From: Nitrosopumilaceae archaeon
Lineage (GTDB): Archaea; Thermoproteota; Nitrososphaeria; Nitrososphaerales; Nitrosopumilaceae
NCBI GenBank assembly: GCA_965214835.1
Contig: CBDCCK010000002.1
Coordinates: 3,040,001-3,104,000 of the forward strand
Reading direction: 5' to 3'
DNA: 64,000 bases
Position numbers and translations under genes: made by a program. The notes beneath the pieces were generated by a model. The model saw only the letters and a program-made list of their open reading frames with translations, searched no databases and was not told the origin of the DNA. Position 1 is the stretch's first letter. Each line of letters opens with the position of its first letter. Positions 9,015 through 19,350 of this stretch are shown in pieces.

Positions 9015-10379
9015 ATGTCAGACATCAATGATCTTCGCAACAGGATGGATCAGGTCACGCTGGACATGGTAAGGCTGCTCAAGCAGAGGACAGACATAGC
9101 AAGGGAGATAGGCGAGGTCAAAAAAACAATAGGCAAGGGAGTCACAGACAAGGCAAGGGAGGACAGCCTCAGGGACAAGGTAATCGCGCTCTCAGGCGAG
9201 GTGGGACTAGACGAGAACCTGGCATCAAAGTTCCTCAACTTTCTGATAAACGAGTCAGTAAGGGTGCAGTCAGGGGACAGGCAGACGCACCTCTCGATCT
9301 TCTTGCAGGCCAGAAGGCTAGAACGGCAGGGGAAAAAAATCATCCACATGGAGGTAGGTGAGCCGGACTTTATGCCGCCGTGGATAGTCAGGACCGCAAT
9401 GCAAGAGTCGTTTGACAGGGGATTCCTGAGATACGGTGAGGCCGAGGGAAGAATCGAGCTTAGAAGGACACTGGCGCAAAAGACATCAGGGGACTACGGC
9501 GTGCGGATAAACGAGGAGAACATCCTGATCACCCCGGGGGCAAGGTTCTCGGTCTTTCTTGCAATCACGACGCTGCTCAATCCCGGAGACGAGGTGATAA
9601 CCATCGAGCCTGCATGGCCCGCATACCGCGACTGCGCGCTGCACGCCGGAGTCAAGATCCGCCCGGTGGCAACGACCCTGGAGGACAGGTGGGAGCCCAG
9701 AGTCGGGCAAATCGATGAGTTGATCAGCTCAAACACAAAGATGATCGTGCTCAACTATCCAAACAACCCCACCGGAAAGATCCTGCCCGTACCGCTACAG
9801 GACAAAATCATCGGGCTGGCAAAGAGCAATGATCTCTACGTGCTAAGCGACGAGATCTATGCCCAGTATGCTAGGGTCCCGTGGAAGAGCGTCCTGGAAT
9901 ACGGATACGGCAAGTCAGTCGTGGTGCAGTCGTTCTCAAAGTCCCATGCAATGACGGGGTTCAGGATAGGGTACAGTGTTGCCGCAAAGCCCATAGTCGA
10001 CAGGATGGCAGGCCTCCAGGCGCTGTCGCTGACAAGCGTCTCAGAACCCATGCAGTACTGCGCGATGGCAGCGGCAGGCCAGGACACCTCAGGAAATACC
10101 GCCACAGTCAACTCCAGGCTGGATCTCCTATCGGAGAGGGCCGGGGCGATGGGGTTGGAGTTTGCCGAGCCCGATGGGGCGATGTACCTCTTTGCCAGGG
10201 CAGGCACGGGGGGCCCTGACGGGGCAGAGCTTGCCCGCAGGGCGCTAGGGGAGGGATTGGCAGTCGCCCCGGGCCAGGGATTTGGCGACTATAAAGAGTT
10301 TGTCCGGATTTCTGCCTGCAGGGACGAAAAGACACTAAAGGAGGGCATGGATATACTAAGTGGAGTCATGAGGAGATAG
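9015..10379 (+). CDS. Chorismate mutase (AroQ) fused to a class I/II PLP aminotransferase
   Basis: N-terminal LRNRMD..LLKQR..IGEVKK..D.ARE; then GEPDF, PNNPTG, DEIY and SFSKSHAMTGFRIG. Confidence 0.92.
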   Translation: MSDINDLRNRMDQVTLDMVRLLKQRTDIAREIGEVKKTIGKGVTDKAREDSLRDKVIALSGEVGLDENLASKFLNFLINESVRVQSGDRQTHLSIFLQARRLERQGKKIIHMEVGEPDFMPPWIVRTAMQESFDRGFLRYGEAEGRIELRRTLAQKTSGDYGVRINEENILITPGARFSVFLAITTLLNPGDEVITIEPAWPAYRDCALHAGVKIRPVATTLEDRWEPRVGQIDELISSNTKMIVLNYPNNPTGKILPVPLQDKIIGLAKSNDLYVLSDEIYAQYARVPWKSVLEYGYGKSVVVQSFSKSHAMTGFRIGYSVAAKPIVDRMAGLQALSLTSVSEPMQYCAMAAAGQDTSGNTATVNSRLDLLSERAGAMGLEFAEPDGAMYLFARAGTGGPDGAELARRALGEGLAVAPGQGFGDYKEFVRISACRDEKTLKEGMDILSGVMRR

Positions 10380-10383
10380 GAAA

Positions 10384-11238
10384 ATGGACAAAAAAATCAC
10401 AATAATCGGCGCAGGCGGAAAGATGGGAAAATGGTTCTGCAAATACTTTGTCGGCATGGGATTTGAGGTGACCGGGCACGACTCTGAAAACAAGGTCACA
10501 GGAAGGGGCGTAAGCGTATCGGACTCGCTGGTAGGCTCGATCCTCAACACGGACTATGTGGTGCTGTGCACCCCGACGAGGAGGACACCGGAGATCATCA
10601 GGCTGATTGCAAAGGAGATGAAGCGCGGAACGTACCTGATTGACATATCATCAGAAAAGGCCAAGACAATGTCGGCGCTAGCAAAGATTCCGGCAAAGAT
10701 CAACCCGATCTGCATCCATCCCATGTTCGGACCCGGCACGAAGAAACTAAGGGGCAAAAACGTCGTCTCGATCCCGGTAAAGGACGCCAAAAAGGAGCTT
10801 GCAGTGGCAAAGTCGCTGTTCCCGGGTGCCGACTTTGTAACGATTGACTCGTCCGAGCACGACAAAAAGATCGCGGTGATTCTGGGACTGACGCATCTGG
10901 TAAACCTGGTCTTTGCAAACATCCTCTCAAAGGACGAAAAGGTCTCGCTGACCGAAAAGATGTCCGGCACTACATTCAAGATACAAAAGATCCTCTCCGA
11001 GAGCATCATGACCGAGTCGCCGGAGCTAATCGAGACCATCATCGCAAACCCGGAGATCCGAAAGGTGGCCGAAGAGTTCTGGAAGGACATAGGTAGGCTG
11101 CTCACCTCCGTGCAGGAGGCCAAGACCGAGGAGGTCGTAAACTATGTCAGGGAATGCCAGAAGAGGTTGCAGGAAAACTCGGATCCCGAGGCATCCTACA
11201 AAAAGCTCACGTCGATGATCAATACCGTAGAAAGATAG
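10384..11238 (+). CDS. tyrA: Prephenate dehydrogenase
   Basis: IIGAGGKMG Rossmann motif, DISSEK, IHPMFGP and EHDK; in the aromatic amino acid operon. Confidence 0.92.
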   Translation: MDKKITIIGAGGKMGKWFCKYFVGMGFEVTGHDSENKVTGRGVSVSDSLVGSILNTDYVVLCTPTRRTPEIIRLIAKEMKRGTYLIDISSEKAKTMSALAKIPAKINPICIHPMFGPGTKKLRGKNVVSIPVKDAKKELAVAKSLFPGADFVTIDSSEHDKKIAVILGLTHLVNLVFANILSKDEKVSLTEKMSGTTFKIQKILSESIMTESPELIETIIANPEIRKVAEEFWKDIGRLLTSVQEAKTEEVVNYVRECQKRLQENSDPEASYKKLTSMINTVER

Positions 11239-11245
11239 GGCCGTC

Positions 11246-11650
11246 ATGCGTTCGACCAAGATTGTGACTGCCTTTATTCGGGACGGCAAAAGGTTCCTGA
11301 TTCTGAGGCGGAGTGACAGGGTAAAGACCATGAGGGGGCTGTGGGCCGCAGTGAGCGGGATCATCGAGGGGGGCGAGGAGCCCCTTTGCAGGGCAAAGAT
11401 CGAGATCTTCGAGGAGCTGGGCATAACCGAGGACAAGATCAGGCTAGTGCGGACGGCCAGGAAGATGCGCATAACCTCGCCCCAGTACAGGAATCACGAG
11501 TGGGAGGTATTTCCGTTCCTGTTTTCTGCAAAGAGTCCCAAGGTCACGCTGAACTGGGAGAACTCAGAGTACAGGTGGGCCACCATGGATCAGATGTCCC
11601 GGTACAAGACGGTTCCAAGCCTCAGGGACGTGCTGCTCTGCCTGCTGTAG
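11246..11650 (+). CDS. NUDIX hydrolase
   Basis: SGIIEGGEEPLCRAKIEIFEELG Nudix box; LNWENSEYRW. Confidence 0.88.
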   Translation: MRSTKIVTAFIRDGKRFLILRRSDRVKTMRGLWAAVSGIIEGGEEPLCRAKIEIFEELGITEDKIRLVRTARKMRITSPQYRNHEWEVFPFLFSAKSPKVTLNWENSEYRWATMDQMSRYKTVPSLRDVLLCLL

Positions 11651-11835
11651 CGCGCACAAGCAACCCTGCCTTGCACGGCCACAGCACACGCATCAAAAAC
11701 TGGAACACGGTTTTGACATGTCGCGCCTATTTCGATAAGCATCCCGTTTTCAACTGTGCGCACTACAGCCAGGCGAAATAAGTGGGGTTTGTTGTTTTGC
11801 CTTGCTATTGAGGCGCCGTGCCTCCTGTCCAGCCT

Positions 11836-11953
11836 GTAACAGGCTAGCCCCTGCCCAGAGTTGGAGCTGCGTCCCTTACCGGACAGGCATGAAAACCACA
11901 ACTGCAGGCAGATTCGCGCCTGATTGCTGCCTAGGCAGGGGCTAGCCTGTTAC
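11836..11953. mobile_element. 118-bp IS66-type MITE (family C)
   Basis: Perfect 20-bp TIR GTAACAGGCTAGCCCCTGCC; flanks TCCAGCCT/TCCAGTTT (eroded 8-bp duplication). Confidence 0.8.
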
Positions 11954-12031
11954 TCCAGTTTTTGTTTTTGCTCGATTTCAGGGTACTTTTCACTTGGCTG
12001 TACACGCTAGCTCCCAGGCCCCAGGGACGTG

Positions 12032-13360
12032 CTATTCTGCCTGCTGCAGGCCCTCGCGCGGCTTTTCGTACCCCCTCTGCTGGGGCAGCATGAGGTATAC
12101 GCAGGCGCCTCCGCACATCGTGCACGGGACGTTGTTTCCCGGATGCTGCCCGGTCCTGCCGTGGATGCGCGCTGCCTCCTCGGGATCAATGGACAGCGCA
12201 ATCTGCCTCTCCCAGTCAAGGGTGCGGCGGGCCTCTGTCATCTGCCTGTCCCACTTTATTGCCTTGTCACGGATCTTTACCAGGTCGCCGGCATGCGCTG
12301 CAATCCTGTACGCAATCAGGCCGGCCTTGACCTCCTCGGCGTTTGGCAGGGCAAGGTGCTCGGATGGCGTGAGATAGCACAGCAGGTCGACGCCCTCGCT
12401 TGCAGAGACTGCGGCCCCTATGGCGCTTGCGATGTGGTCGTGGCCCGATGCTACGTCCGTTACCAGCGGGCCGAGGACATAATAGGGGACATCGCCTATC
12501 AGCGACTTTGCAAGCCTGACGTTTGCTGCGACCTCGTCTAGCGGCACGTGTCCGGGCCCCTCGACCATGACCTGGACGTCCTTCTCGCGCGCCTGCCTTG
12601 CCAGCCGGGATATGTTGATCATCTCCTGCACCTGCAGCTCGTCATGGGAGTCCAGGATAGAGCCGGGGCGCAGGGCGTCGCCGAGGCTGAAGGTGACATC
12701 GTACTTGCGTGCCACCTCAACCAGATAGTCAAAGTGGGAATGGTAGGGGTTCTCCTTTTCGTACTTTAGCATCCAGGCAGCGGTGATTGTCCCGCCCTTG
12801 CTTACCACGCCGCCGTGCCTCTGCACCTTGAGGATCCTCTTGGCTATATCCCTGGTGATGCCGGAGTGTATCGTGGTATAGTCGACGCCGTCCCTTGCAT
12901 TGTTCTCAAAGGCGTTGAGAAAGTCGTCCTCTGTCAGGTCCAGTGGGTTCTTGTGCGCCTCGACGCCGTGGTTGTAGGCCTCGTATATCGGAACGGTTCC
13001 AAACGTGATCGGCGCTGCCTCTAGCAGTGCCTGCCGGATTGCGCCGACATGGCCGCCGTCGCTGAGATCCATTATGGTGTCTGCATGATACTTTACTGCG
13101 ACCCTTGCCTTTTGGATCTCCTCGTCCAGGTTGACGTTCAGGGTAGAGGTCCCGATGTTGACGTTGACCTTGGTCTTCAGGCCCCTGCCGATTCCGACGC
13201 GGTGGACCCTCTGTTTTCTCGCGTTGTTGCTCGGGATTATGATGGAGCCCCCGGCGATCTTGGGCAGGAGCCAGTCCAGCGTCACGTCCTCGTCTAGTGC
13301 GACCTGCCTCATCTCGTCTGTTGCGACGCCTCGCCGGGCGTGGCTCATCTGGGTGCTCAA
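12032..13360 (-). CDS. thiC: Phosphomethylpyrimidine synthase
   Basis: KVNVNIGTS, DTIMDLS, GTVPIY, SLGDALRPG, EGPGHVP and CTMCGGAC. Start probably TTG 13360, downstream of TTTAAA. Confidence 0.97.
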   Translation of the reverse strand: MSTQMSHARRGVATDEMRQVALDEDVTLDWLLPKIAGGSIIIPSNNARKQRVHRVGIGRGLKTKVNVNIGTSTLNVNLDEEIQKARVAVKYHADTIMDLSDGGHVGAIRQALLEAAPITFGTVPIYEAYNHGVEAHKNPLDLTEDDFLNAFENNARDGVDYTTIHSGITRDIAKRILKVQRHGGVVSKGGTITAAWMLKYEKENPYHSHFDYLVEVARKYDVTFSLGDALRPGSILDSHDELQVQEMINISRLARQAREKDVQVMVEGPGHVPLDEVAANVRLAKSLIGDVPYYVLGPLVTDVASGHDHIASAIGAAVSASEGVDLLCYLTPSEHLALPNAEEVKAGLIAYRIAAHAGDLVKIRDKAIKWDRQMTEARRTLDWERQIALSIDPEEAARIHGRTGQHPGNNVPCTMCGGACVYLMLPQQRGYEKPREGLQQAE

Positions 13361-13496
13361 TGCATACCGTTGGCAGTAGCCCGATTTAAACAATCATAAA
13401 AACCTCTGATCGCGGCGGGAAATCCGGCGATCCGGCCCGGGCACTATAAAGAAATTATGGATCCATGTTATATGCCAGATCGATCTATATTATACC

Positions 13497-13595
13497 ATGA
13501 AAATGATCAAGGAATGCCTGCACTGCGGCAGGGAGTATCACAACACCAACAGCGGGGATTTTTGCTCATTCAAGTGCGCCAGCGAGGTCTCCTGA
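13497..13595 (+). CDS. 32-aa zinc-ribbon microprotein (TRASH/FCS-like)
   Basis: MKMIKECLHCGREYHNTNSGDFCSFKCASEVS (CxxC...FCSxxC); TATA-like TTATAT at ~13468; below the ORF-track cutoff. Confidence 0.55.
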   Translation: MKMIKECLHCGREYHNTNSGDFCSFKCASEVS

Positions 13596-13904
13596 ACCCC
13601 CCCCCCCCAGATCCCAGATTCTGATGAAACCTGCCCGTCTCCATGCTTTGCCTTCAGGCGCGCCCGGCTCGTGGAGGCGTGCGGATCCACAGTGAAAGGC
13701 ATGATTTCGTCAACAACGGAAAGGCGTCTCCCGGGCATGGCTCATGCCCATGCGTGTTGAGGAACTTTTGCTTCACACCATGCAGGCGGGCCTGCTTTGA
13801 GCTGTCCCGGATCCGGGCCGTCTTGTCGGGCGCTTTTGGGAGGACTGGCCGGCTCCGTGGTTGAAATCACCCCCACCGGCGCAATCCTCCGGTAGAATCA
13901 AAAC

Positions 13905-13996
13905 GTACAAGGTCACCTATCCCCATCAGTCAGGCACGAATTAGATGCATGATTGTGATTTTCGTGCCTAGCTAACAAGGGGACGTGACCACATAC
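13905..13996. mobile_element. 92-bp IS66-type MITE (family A)
   Basis: Ends GTACAAGGTCAC / GTGACCACATAC; 8-bp duplication ATCAAAAC. Confidence 0.9.
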
Positions 13997-14299
13997 ATCA
14001 AAACACTGCAGGGGCAGTCCAAGCCAACTCCTCCCTTGCCCGGGTCATACCACAATCACCAGCCCGATTGTGACCCCGCAGCCGGCTGCGGCCCGGAGCA
14101 TCTCTGCGGCCTGCTCGGCATACAGCCCTCTTTGGACATCGTGGCCAGGAGCGCTGCAACATCCGTTTCATTGTACCGGTGCCGGGGGAAAGCCCCGAAT
14201 GGATACATGTCCGATCATCCCTTTGGAAATGGAGCAACCCTGGCGAAAGCCATGCCCCAGATCACGAAATCCTAGAAAATGCCTAAAAAGATCTCACAT

Positions 14300-14785
14300 G
14301 GATGGGCTTGTGCGCACATATGACAGGTTCAACAGCGCAAACGTACGAGGTCACCTACCCCCTCAGTCAGGCACAAATTAGCATGAATGATTGTGATCTT
14401 CGTGCCTAGCTGGCAAGGGGACGTGACCACATACGCGCAAACTTTGCATTATCTCAAGCAGGCGCGCAAAAAGTGGGGAAAGGTCCTGATGGCGATGGAC
14501 AACGCAATACAGCACAAGACCAGCAAGGTTCGCAGATACCTAAAGAAAAATCCCGACGTTGTCCTGCCGTACCTGCCGGTAGCCAGGCCGGAGCTGAGCG
14601 CCACAGAGGCAGTCTGGAAGGATGCCAAGTACAGGCTGGTCACGCCGGCCTTTTATGACGCGGCGGATCACCTCAAAAGGGCCGTCTCGGAATACTTTAG
14701 GACGTGTTCCATCAAGATTGACATCTACAGGTATCTTGAGCGCAGCGTGTAAGGGAGGCGAAATTTTCAATGACCATCAGTATAG
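14300..14785 (+). pseudogene. 3' remnant of an IS630 element (same family as 38332-39427), interrupted by a MITE
   Basis: RTYDRFNSAN / MDNAIQHK / RPELSATEAVWK; right TIR AGGCGAAATTTTCAATGACCATCAGTATA. Confidence 0.85.
14343..14434. mobile_element. 92-bp IS66-type MITE (family A) inserted in an IS630 transposase
   Basis: Ends GTACGAGGTCAC / GTGACCACATAC; 8-bp duplication GCGCAAAC; the empty site is visible in the IS630 copy near 39076. Confidence 0.92.
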
Positions 14786-15017
14786 TCCTAATGACGTCTC
14801 ATGGTTTTCAGGAATTCTGGCGAGCTAGGCTACAACCTGCTTTGCATGTGCAAATCATCCGCACCGGACGCAAGATGGGATGGGATGCCCGCCTTCTGGC
14901 TATTCAGGCGGCATGGCGCAAGTGGCAGTGACAGCGATCCCCCATTTCAGCACCATCAAAGGCTAGCGGCACCGCGCAGTGGCAGAATTATATCCCAGAG
15001 TCTTGCACAAGAACCGA

Positions 15018-16271
15018 TTGGAAAGGCTGGAGTTTGACTTGGTAGTCGTCGGGGGAGGGCCGGCAGGATCCTCGGCAGCATACGCGGCATCAAAGGCCGG
15101 ACTGAGGGTCGGACTGGTTGAAAAGGAGTCGTCCATTGCAGAGTCTGTTCGGACCAGCGGCGTCACCTGGATCGAGGAGGTTGAAAGGTACGGAATCCCC
15201 GAGGACTGCTACAACCCGGTCAGCAAATTCGTGTTTTGCTCGCCAAACAACAAGGCCAGCATAGGGGACTCGGTTGCGCGCTCCGCGGTGCTAGACGTAA
15301 GAAAGACGTACCGGTGGCTGGCATCGGAGGCAGAGTCCGAGGGCGCCCAAATCCACGTCGGCACCTCTGTAAGATCTGCAATCAAGGACGGGTCCGGCAG
15401 GATAGCAGGGGTCAGGGCCACAAGGCGTGGGGGCGAGGTAGAGTTCCACGGCAGGATGGTCATAGACGCAAGCGGTTTTCAGTCAACCGTCGCAAGATCG
15501 CTTGGACTGGTCGGGCAGTGGAGAAGGTTCGGGGCCGGTGCAGAGTACGAGGCAAGGGTGGAGCATGTGGATCCGGACACGTGGTGGCTGATGGTTGGGC
15601 AAAAGTACTCTCCGGCCGGATACGCCTGGATTTTTCCACTAGACGGCAGGACTGCAAGAATCGGCGTGGGCATCGGAAAGCCGGACTCCCAGGTGGATCC
15701 CGCTGCAAGGCTTGATGAGCTCATAGAAAACAGGGAGGGGCCGATCGCGGATCTTGGAAGAATCGAGCCAATAGAGTTCCATTACGGGCTGATACCAAAT
15801 GACGGCCTTGCAAGAAGGACGGTCTATGACAACCTGATCCTCGTGGGGGACGCCGCAGGCCAGGCAAACCCCCTGGTTCTGGAGGGAATACGCTACGCCA
15901 TAAGATTCGGCAGGATAGCAGGGGAGGTGGCATCAAGGGCGGTAAATGCAGGCGACACGTCCGAGGGGGGGCTGGCAGAGTACGAGGAGCGCTGGAAGAA
16001 GGAAATCGGATCCAAGGTGGCCTCGGCGGGGAGGGTGCAGGAGAGGTGGATGGGACTGACCGATGAGGAATGGGACAGGGAGCTTGACATAATCGGCGAG
16101 CTCAGGCCCGGGGAGTTCCTGGACTTTATCAGGGCCGACTTTGGACTGCCGGACATGCTAAGGCTTGCGGCCAGCCATCCAAAGCTGGCAGTCAGGCAGC
16201 TGTTCTCCATGGTCAAAAATGCCGCAGGATCCATGGGACGCAACAGCTCGGGCTCTGGAGGCCATTCCTGA
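15018..16271 (+). CDS. Geranylgeranyl reductase family FAD oxidoreductase (digeranylgeranylglycerophospholipid reductase-like)
   Basis: VVGGGPAG, IDASG, GYAWIFP and LVGDAAGQANP..EGI motifs; start codon uncertain. Confidence 0.9.
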   Translation: MERLEFDLVVVGGGPAGSSAAYAASKAGLRVGLVEKESSIAESVRTSGVTWIEEVERYGIPEDCYNPVSKFVFCSPNNKASIGDSVARSAVLDVRKTYRWLASEAESEGAQIHVGTSVRSAIKDGSGRIAGVRATRRGGEVEFHGRMVIDASGFQSTVARSLGLVGQWRRFGAGAEYEARVEHVDPDTWWLMVGQKYSPAGYAWIFPLDGRTARIGVGIGKPDSQVDPAARLDELIENREGPIADLGRIEPIEFHYGLIPNDGLARRTVYDNLILVGDAAGQANPLVLEGIRYAIRFGRIAGEVASRAVNAGDTSEGGLAEYEERWKKEIGSKVASAGRVQERWMGLTDEEWDRELDIIGELRPGEFLDFIRADFGLPDMLRLAASHPKLAVRQLFSMVKNAAGSMGRNSSGSGGHS

Positions 16272-16348
16272 CTTTAGGCACGGATTGCACTCGATCGGGT
16301 TTCCGGGGGGCAAAATCCGCACCTGAGATTCCAGATCCCTGGCAGCTA

Positions 16349-19306
16349 CTAGGGAACCGTAAAAAAGTCGGTGACGGTCAGGTCGTGATACTGCAGCTGC
16401 GCCACATGCACCCCGGACTGGAACGGCCCGGCCAGCCGCTCGCTGAACATCCCGCCTGCGCTGTCCTTGAGGTGCACGGACTCTACCAGATTCCCCCGCT
16501 GATCAAAGATGTCAACGTACAGATCCTCGCTGAACGCGAGCATCTTCTGAACGGCGCCGGAGAGCAGTAGCGTGTCTCCGTCAAGATGGGCGTCAATCAC
16601 CGCAGAGCGGTGCCTGACGGGCAGATAACGCTCGATGAACCGCTCAAGATCCTCCAGCCTGTCACCTACAAGCAGGTCGTTTCGCTCTGAAAGACCCAGC
16701 CTGATCTGCTGCATGGCATCTATGATTCTCGGATTGTCGTGCTGCGAGCCCCCAAACTCCTTGACAAAGCCCTCCAGCTCCATGAACTCCCTTGCCAGCT
16801 CCACAGAGTCAAGCTCGGCTAGGCGCGGCGTATACTGGACATCATCCACAATGTTGGCTATCTGCGATGCCTGCATGTTCTGATACTGCAACATTACGAC
16901 GTACAGTCCGGGGTCAGTCGGCGCCACCCACTGGGTAAAGAAGTTTCCCTGCCTCGTGTCTGTAAACTCCAGAAAGCTGTGCATGTCTCCGTTCATGTCG
17001 TATATCGTAACGTACAGGTTCTCGCGCCTGTCCATTATCTGCTTTTCTACCGCACCCTGCAGCGTCCAGATGTCTCTCTCAGGGCTGTACGAAATATCGT
17101 ACATTATGCCCGCGCTCCTCAGTGGCAGGTGCTCTGCCAGGTACTGGCCTATGGACTTGATTTTTTGGTCGACGTCTATAAAGTTGCCATACTCGATCAG
17201 ATCATATGCCTCGTCCATCATCTGGTGGTATTGCTCAGAATGTGCGTCAAAGTCAGAGTTGTAAAACGAGGACACCACGCTAGAGTACGCCTCGAGCTGT
17301 TCCCTGAACTTTATCCTCTGGAGCTCGTCTATGGAATAGCCAACATCTGAGCTGTGCGGATCATCAGAGTACGCGCCAGATATGAGCCTCCATTCGGCAA
17401 ACAGCTCGCGGACAAGGTGATCGGCGGCCTCGAGATCGTTTTGCATTACCAGGCCCCTGGCACCGTCCAGCCTGTTTTTGATCGAGTCGGTAAAGTCGGT
17501 AAAGCCCGGCAGGAACTGGTTTTTGCGCAGGCTCAGGTCGGCAAGGTTTTCTATTGATTTGGCACGCTGCAGTATGTCGGCTGCCTTTGTCTCACTGTCG
17601 GACTGGGCGCCCTCTTCCAGATCAGAGCGTATGGAGGGGGCAATCCTGCTTGCCCAGGATAGCAGCAGCTCAGAGCGGTCTATTTTTGAGGAGGCTGCCG
17701 AAGAGCCGGCCTGCTCTGCAGAGTGTATTGCCTGCAGGGCCTGGTTAATCAGTATCAGGTTCTTGTGATCTGCCTGCAGCTCCGCCTTTTGTTTTAGCCG
17801 CTCAAACTCAAGCTTCATGGAGATGGTGGGGTGGCGCGTGTCACGAAGCTCGGAGATGTGCGCATCAAACGTAGAGACCACCAAGAGGATCTCGTCGATT
17901 GTCGTGGCGTCATTTACGTCCCGCATCAGCGACTCCCATTCTGCAACGTTCTCGGCGCCGGTGTCCTGGGCGATTTCCAGGGACTTTGACAGTCGTGAGG
18001 AGATCTCAATTACGTCCTTCATGTCCCGGATATCGTCCCGGGAGTCCAGTATGTCCCCCGTCGAGGAGGCAAACTCCAGCTGGGACGAAAGCGAGTCCCA
18101 TGTCGGCTTTATGATGTTTGCAAGATCAGAGTTTTCTGCCTCATCAGATGAGATAAACCGGTCAACCGTGTCCAGGTTGCGCAAGAGTAGCGCGGCCGCA
18201 TGCAGCTTGTCCACATCGGATTTTGATTCCAAGAGATCGCCAATACTGGTCTTTTCAGGCAGAAGGATGCGCAGCGTGTTCCAGTCGGAGCTTACCAGCC
18301 GGTACAGGGGAGTGTCCTTTCTGGATACGATATCCAGGTAGCGGGACTTTGAGAGCATGTCCACCAGATCGGATATGTCATCTGAGAACAGCGGAGCGGT
18401 TCCGCGTGCCAGGATGAAGGCGATCTCCTCTTTGACCTCACGGTTCATCACGGTGTCGGTTTTTGTCATCAGGTTAAGCAGGGTCTCCTCCAGCTCTGAA
18501 AATGTCAGTTGCCGCGGCTCGGCTTTGACAGGATTGACGTTTTTGAGCTGCTCGAATGCGTCGTTGATGTGCAAGACTGCACGCCCGGTGTCCCCCATCT
18601 CATAGTAAAATATCGCAGAATATACAGAACGGTCTATCTGGTCGGAGATCTTAAAGCCGATCTCCCCGGATTCCAAAAGAGCCTCGTTTGAATCGATTGC
18701 GGTGCTTACAGCCGGGCGAAATATCGGATCCACGCCAAGTATCGCATCCTCGATTAAAAACTGATCCCACAAGTCAACATACAGGGCCTCAAGCTCCGAA
18801 AGGGTCGCCGCAGAGTCAAGCCTTGCCTGGTATCCGGACAGATCCAGGTCGGAGGCGTCGGCCACTGACTGGATTTTCTGGCCAGTCAGCTCCATGGCAC
18901 GGTCATAAAGCAGTGAATCGCTCGGGGTAGCATAAGCCCCAGAGACTGAGAATGTAGATGATTTGGTATGATCGCCATAAAAGAGCCTCAGATCGTAGCT
19001 GCCCTCAATGCCGCAGACGCCTCCAGACAGCGAGATCGGGTCGGTCAGAAACACGCCGTTGGACAGTGTGGTCAGCTGCTGGATATGGCACAGATCGCCA
19101 TTGGGATTTGTGATCTGCAGCACCAAGAATGCATCAGGAAGGACGCTGGCCACGGCTCCAAAGACAAACATACTCTCCCCGCTCTGGTAGGTTCCCAAGT
19201 TGTCCAAGATGGCAATACGTTCCGATGTTTGCGCAAATGCGTTTGCAGGCGTCAGTAGGACGGCGAATAATATCGACACTGTTAGCAGGCGTCTCACGGT
19301 AATCAC
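16349..19306 (-). CDS. Large secreted acidic hypothetical protein (985 aa)
   Basis: Signal peptide (ANAFAQ), Ig-like beta segments at both ends and a long helical core; no recognisable catalytic motif. Confidence 0.8.
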   Translation of the reverse strand: MITVRRLLTVSILFAVLLTPANAFAQTSERIAILDNLGTYQSGESMFVFGAVASVLPDAFLVLQITNPNGDLCHIQQLTTLSNGVFLTDPISLSGGVCGIEGSYDLRLFYGDHTKSSTFSVSGAYATPSDSLLYDRAMELTGQKIQSVADASDLDLSGYQARLDSAATLSELEALYVDLWDQFLIEDAILGVDPIFRPAVSTAIDSNEALLESGEIGFKISDQIDRSVYSAIFYYEMGDTGRAVLHINDAFEQLKNVNPVKAEPRQLTFSELEETLLNLMTKTDTVMNREVKEEIAFILARGTAPLFSDDISDLVDMLSKSRYLDIVSRKDTPLYRLVSSDWNTLRILLPEKTSIGDLLESKSDVDKLHAAALLLRNLDTVDRFISSDEAENSDLANIIKPTWDSLSSQLEFASSTGDILDSRDDIRDMKDVIEISSRLSKSLEIAQDTGAENVAEWESLMRDVNDATTIDEILLVVSTFDAHISELRDTRHPTISMKLEFERLKQKAELQADHKNLILINQALQAIHSAEQAGSSAASSKIDRSELLLSWASRIAPSIRSDLEEGAQSDSETKAADILQRAKSIENLADLSLRKNQFLPGFTDFTDSIKNRLDGARGLVMQNDLEAADHLVRELFAEWRLISGAYSDDPHSSDVGYSIDELQRIKFREQLEAYSSVVSSFYNSDFDAHSEQYHQMMDEAYDLIEYGNFIDVDQKIKSIGQYLAEHLPLRSAGIMYDISYSPERDIWTLQGAVEKQIMDRRENLYVTIYDMNGDMHSFLEFTDTRQGNFFTQWVAPTDPGLYVVMLQYQNMQASQIANIVDDVQYTPRLAELDSVELAREFMELEGFVKEFGGSQHDNPRIIDAMQQIRLGLSERNDLLVGDRLEDLERFIERYLPVRHRSAVIDAHLDGDTLLLSGAVQKMLAFSEDLYVDIFDQRGNLVESVHLKDSAGGMFSERLAGPFQSGVHVAQLQYHDLTVTDFFTVP

Positions 19307-19350
19307 GATCTAAACCACCTTACTTAAGCTTTAAGCACGACTTGCACGCC

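Noticed and set aside
13361-13495. TPP riboswitch upstream of thiC
   Set aside because: No CUGAGA/AUACC/GCGUAGG motifs, and a TATA-like box ~25 nt before the start implies a nearly leaderless transcript.
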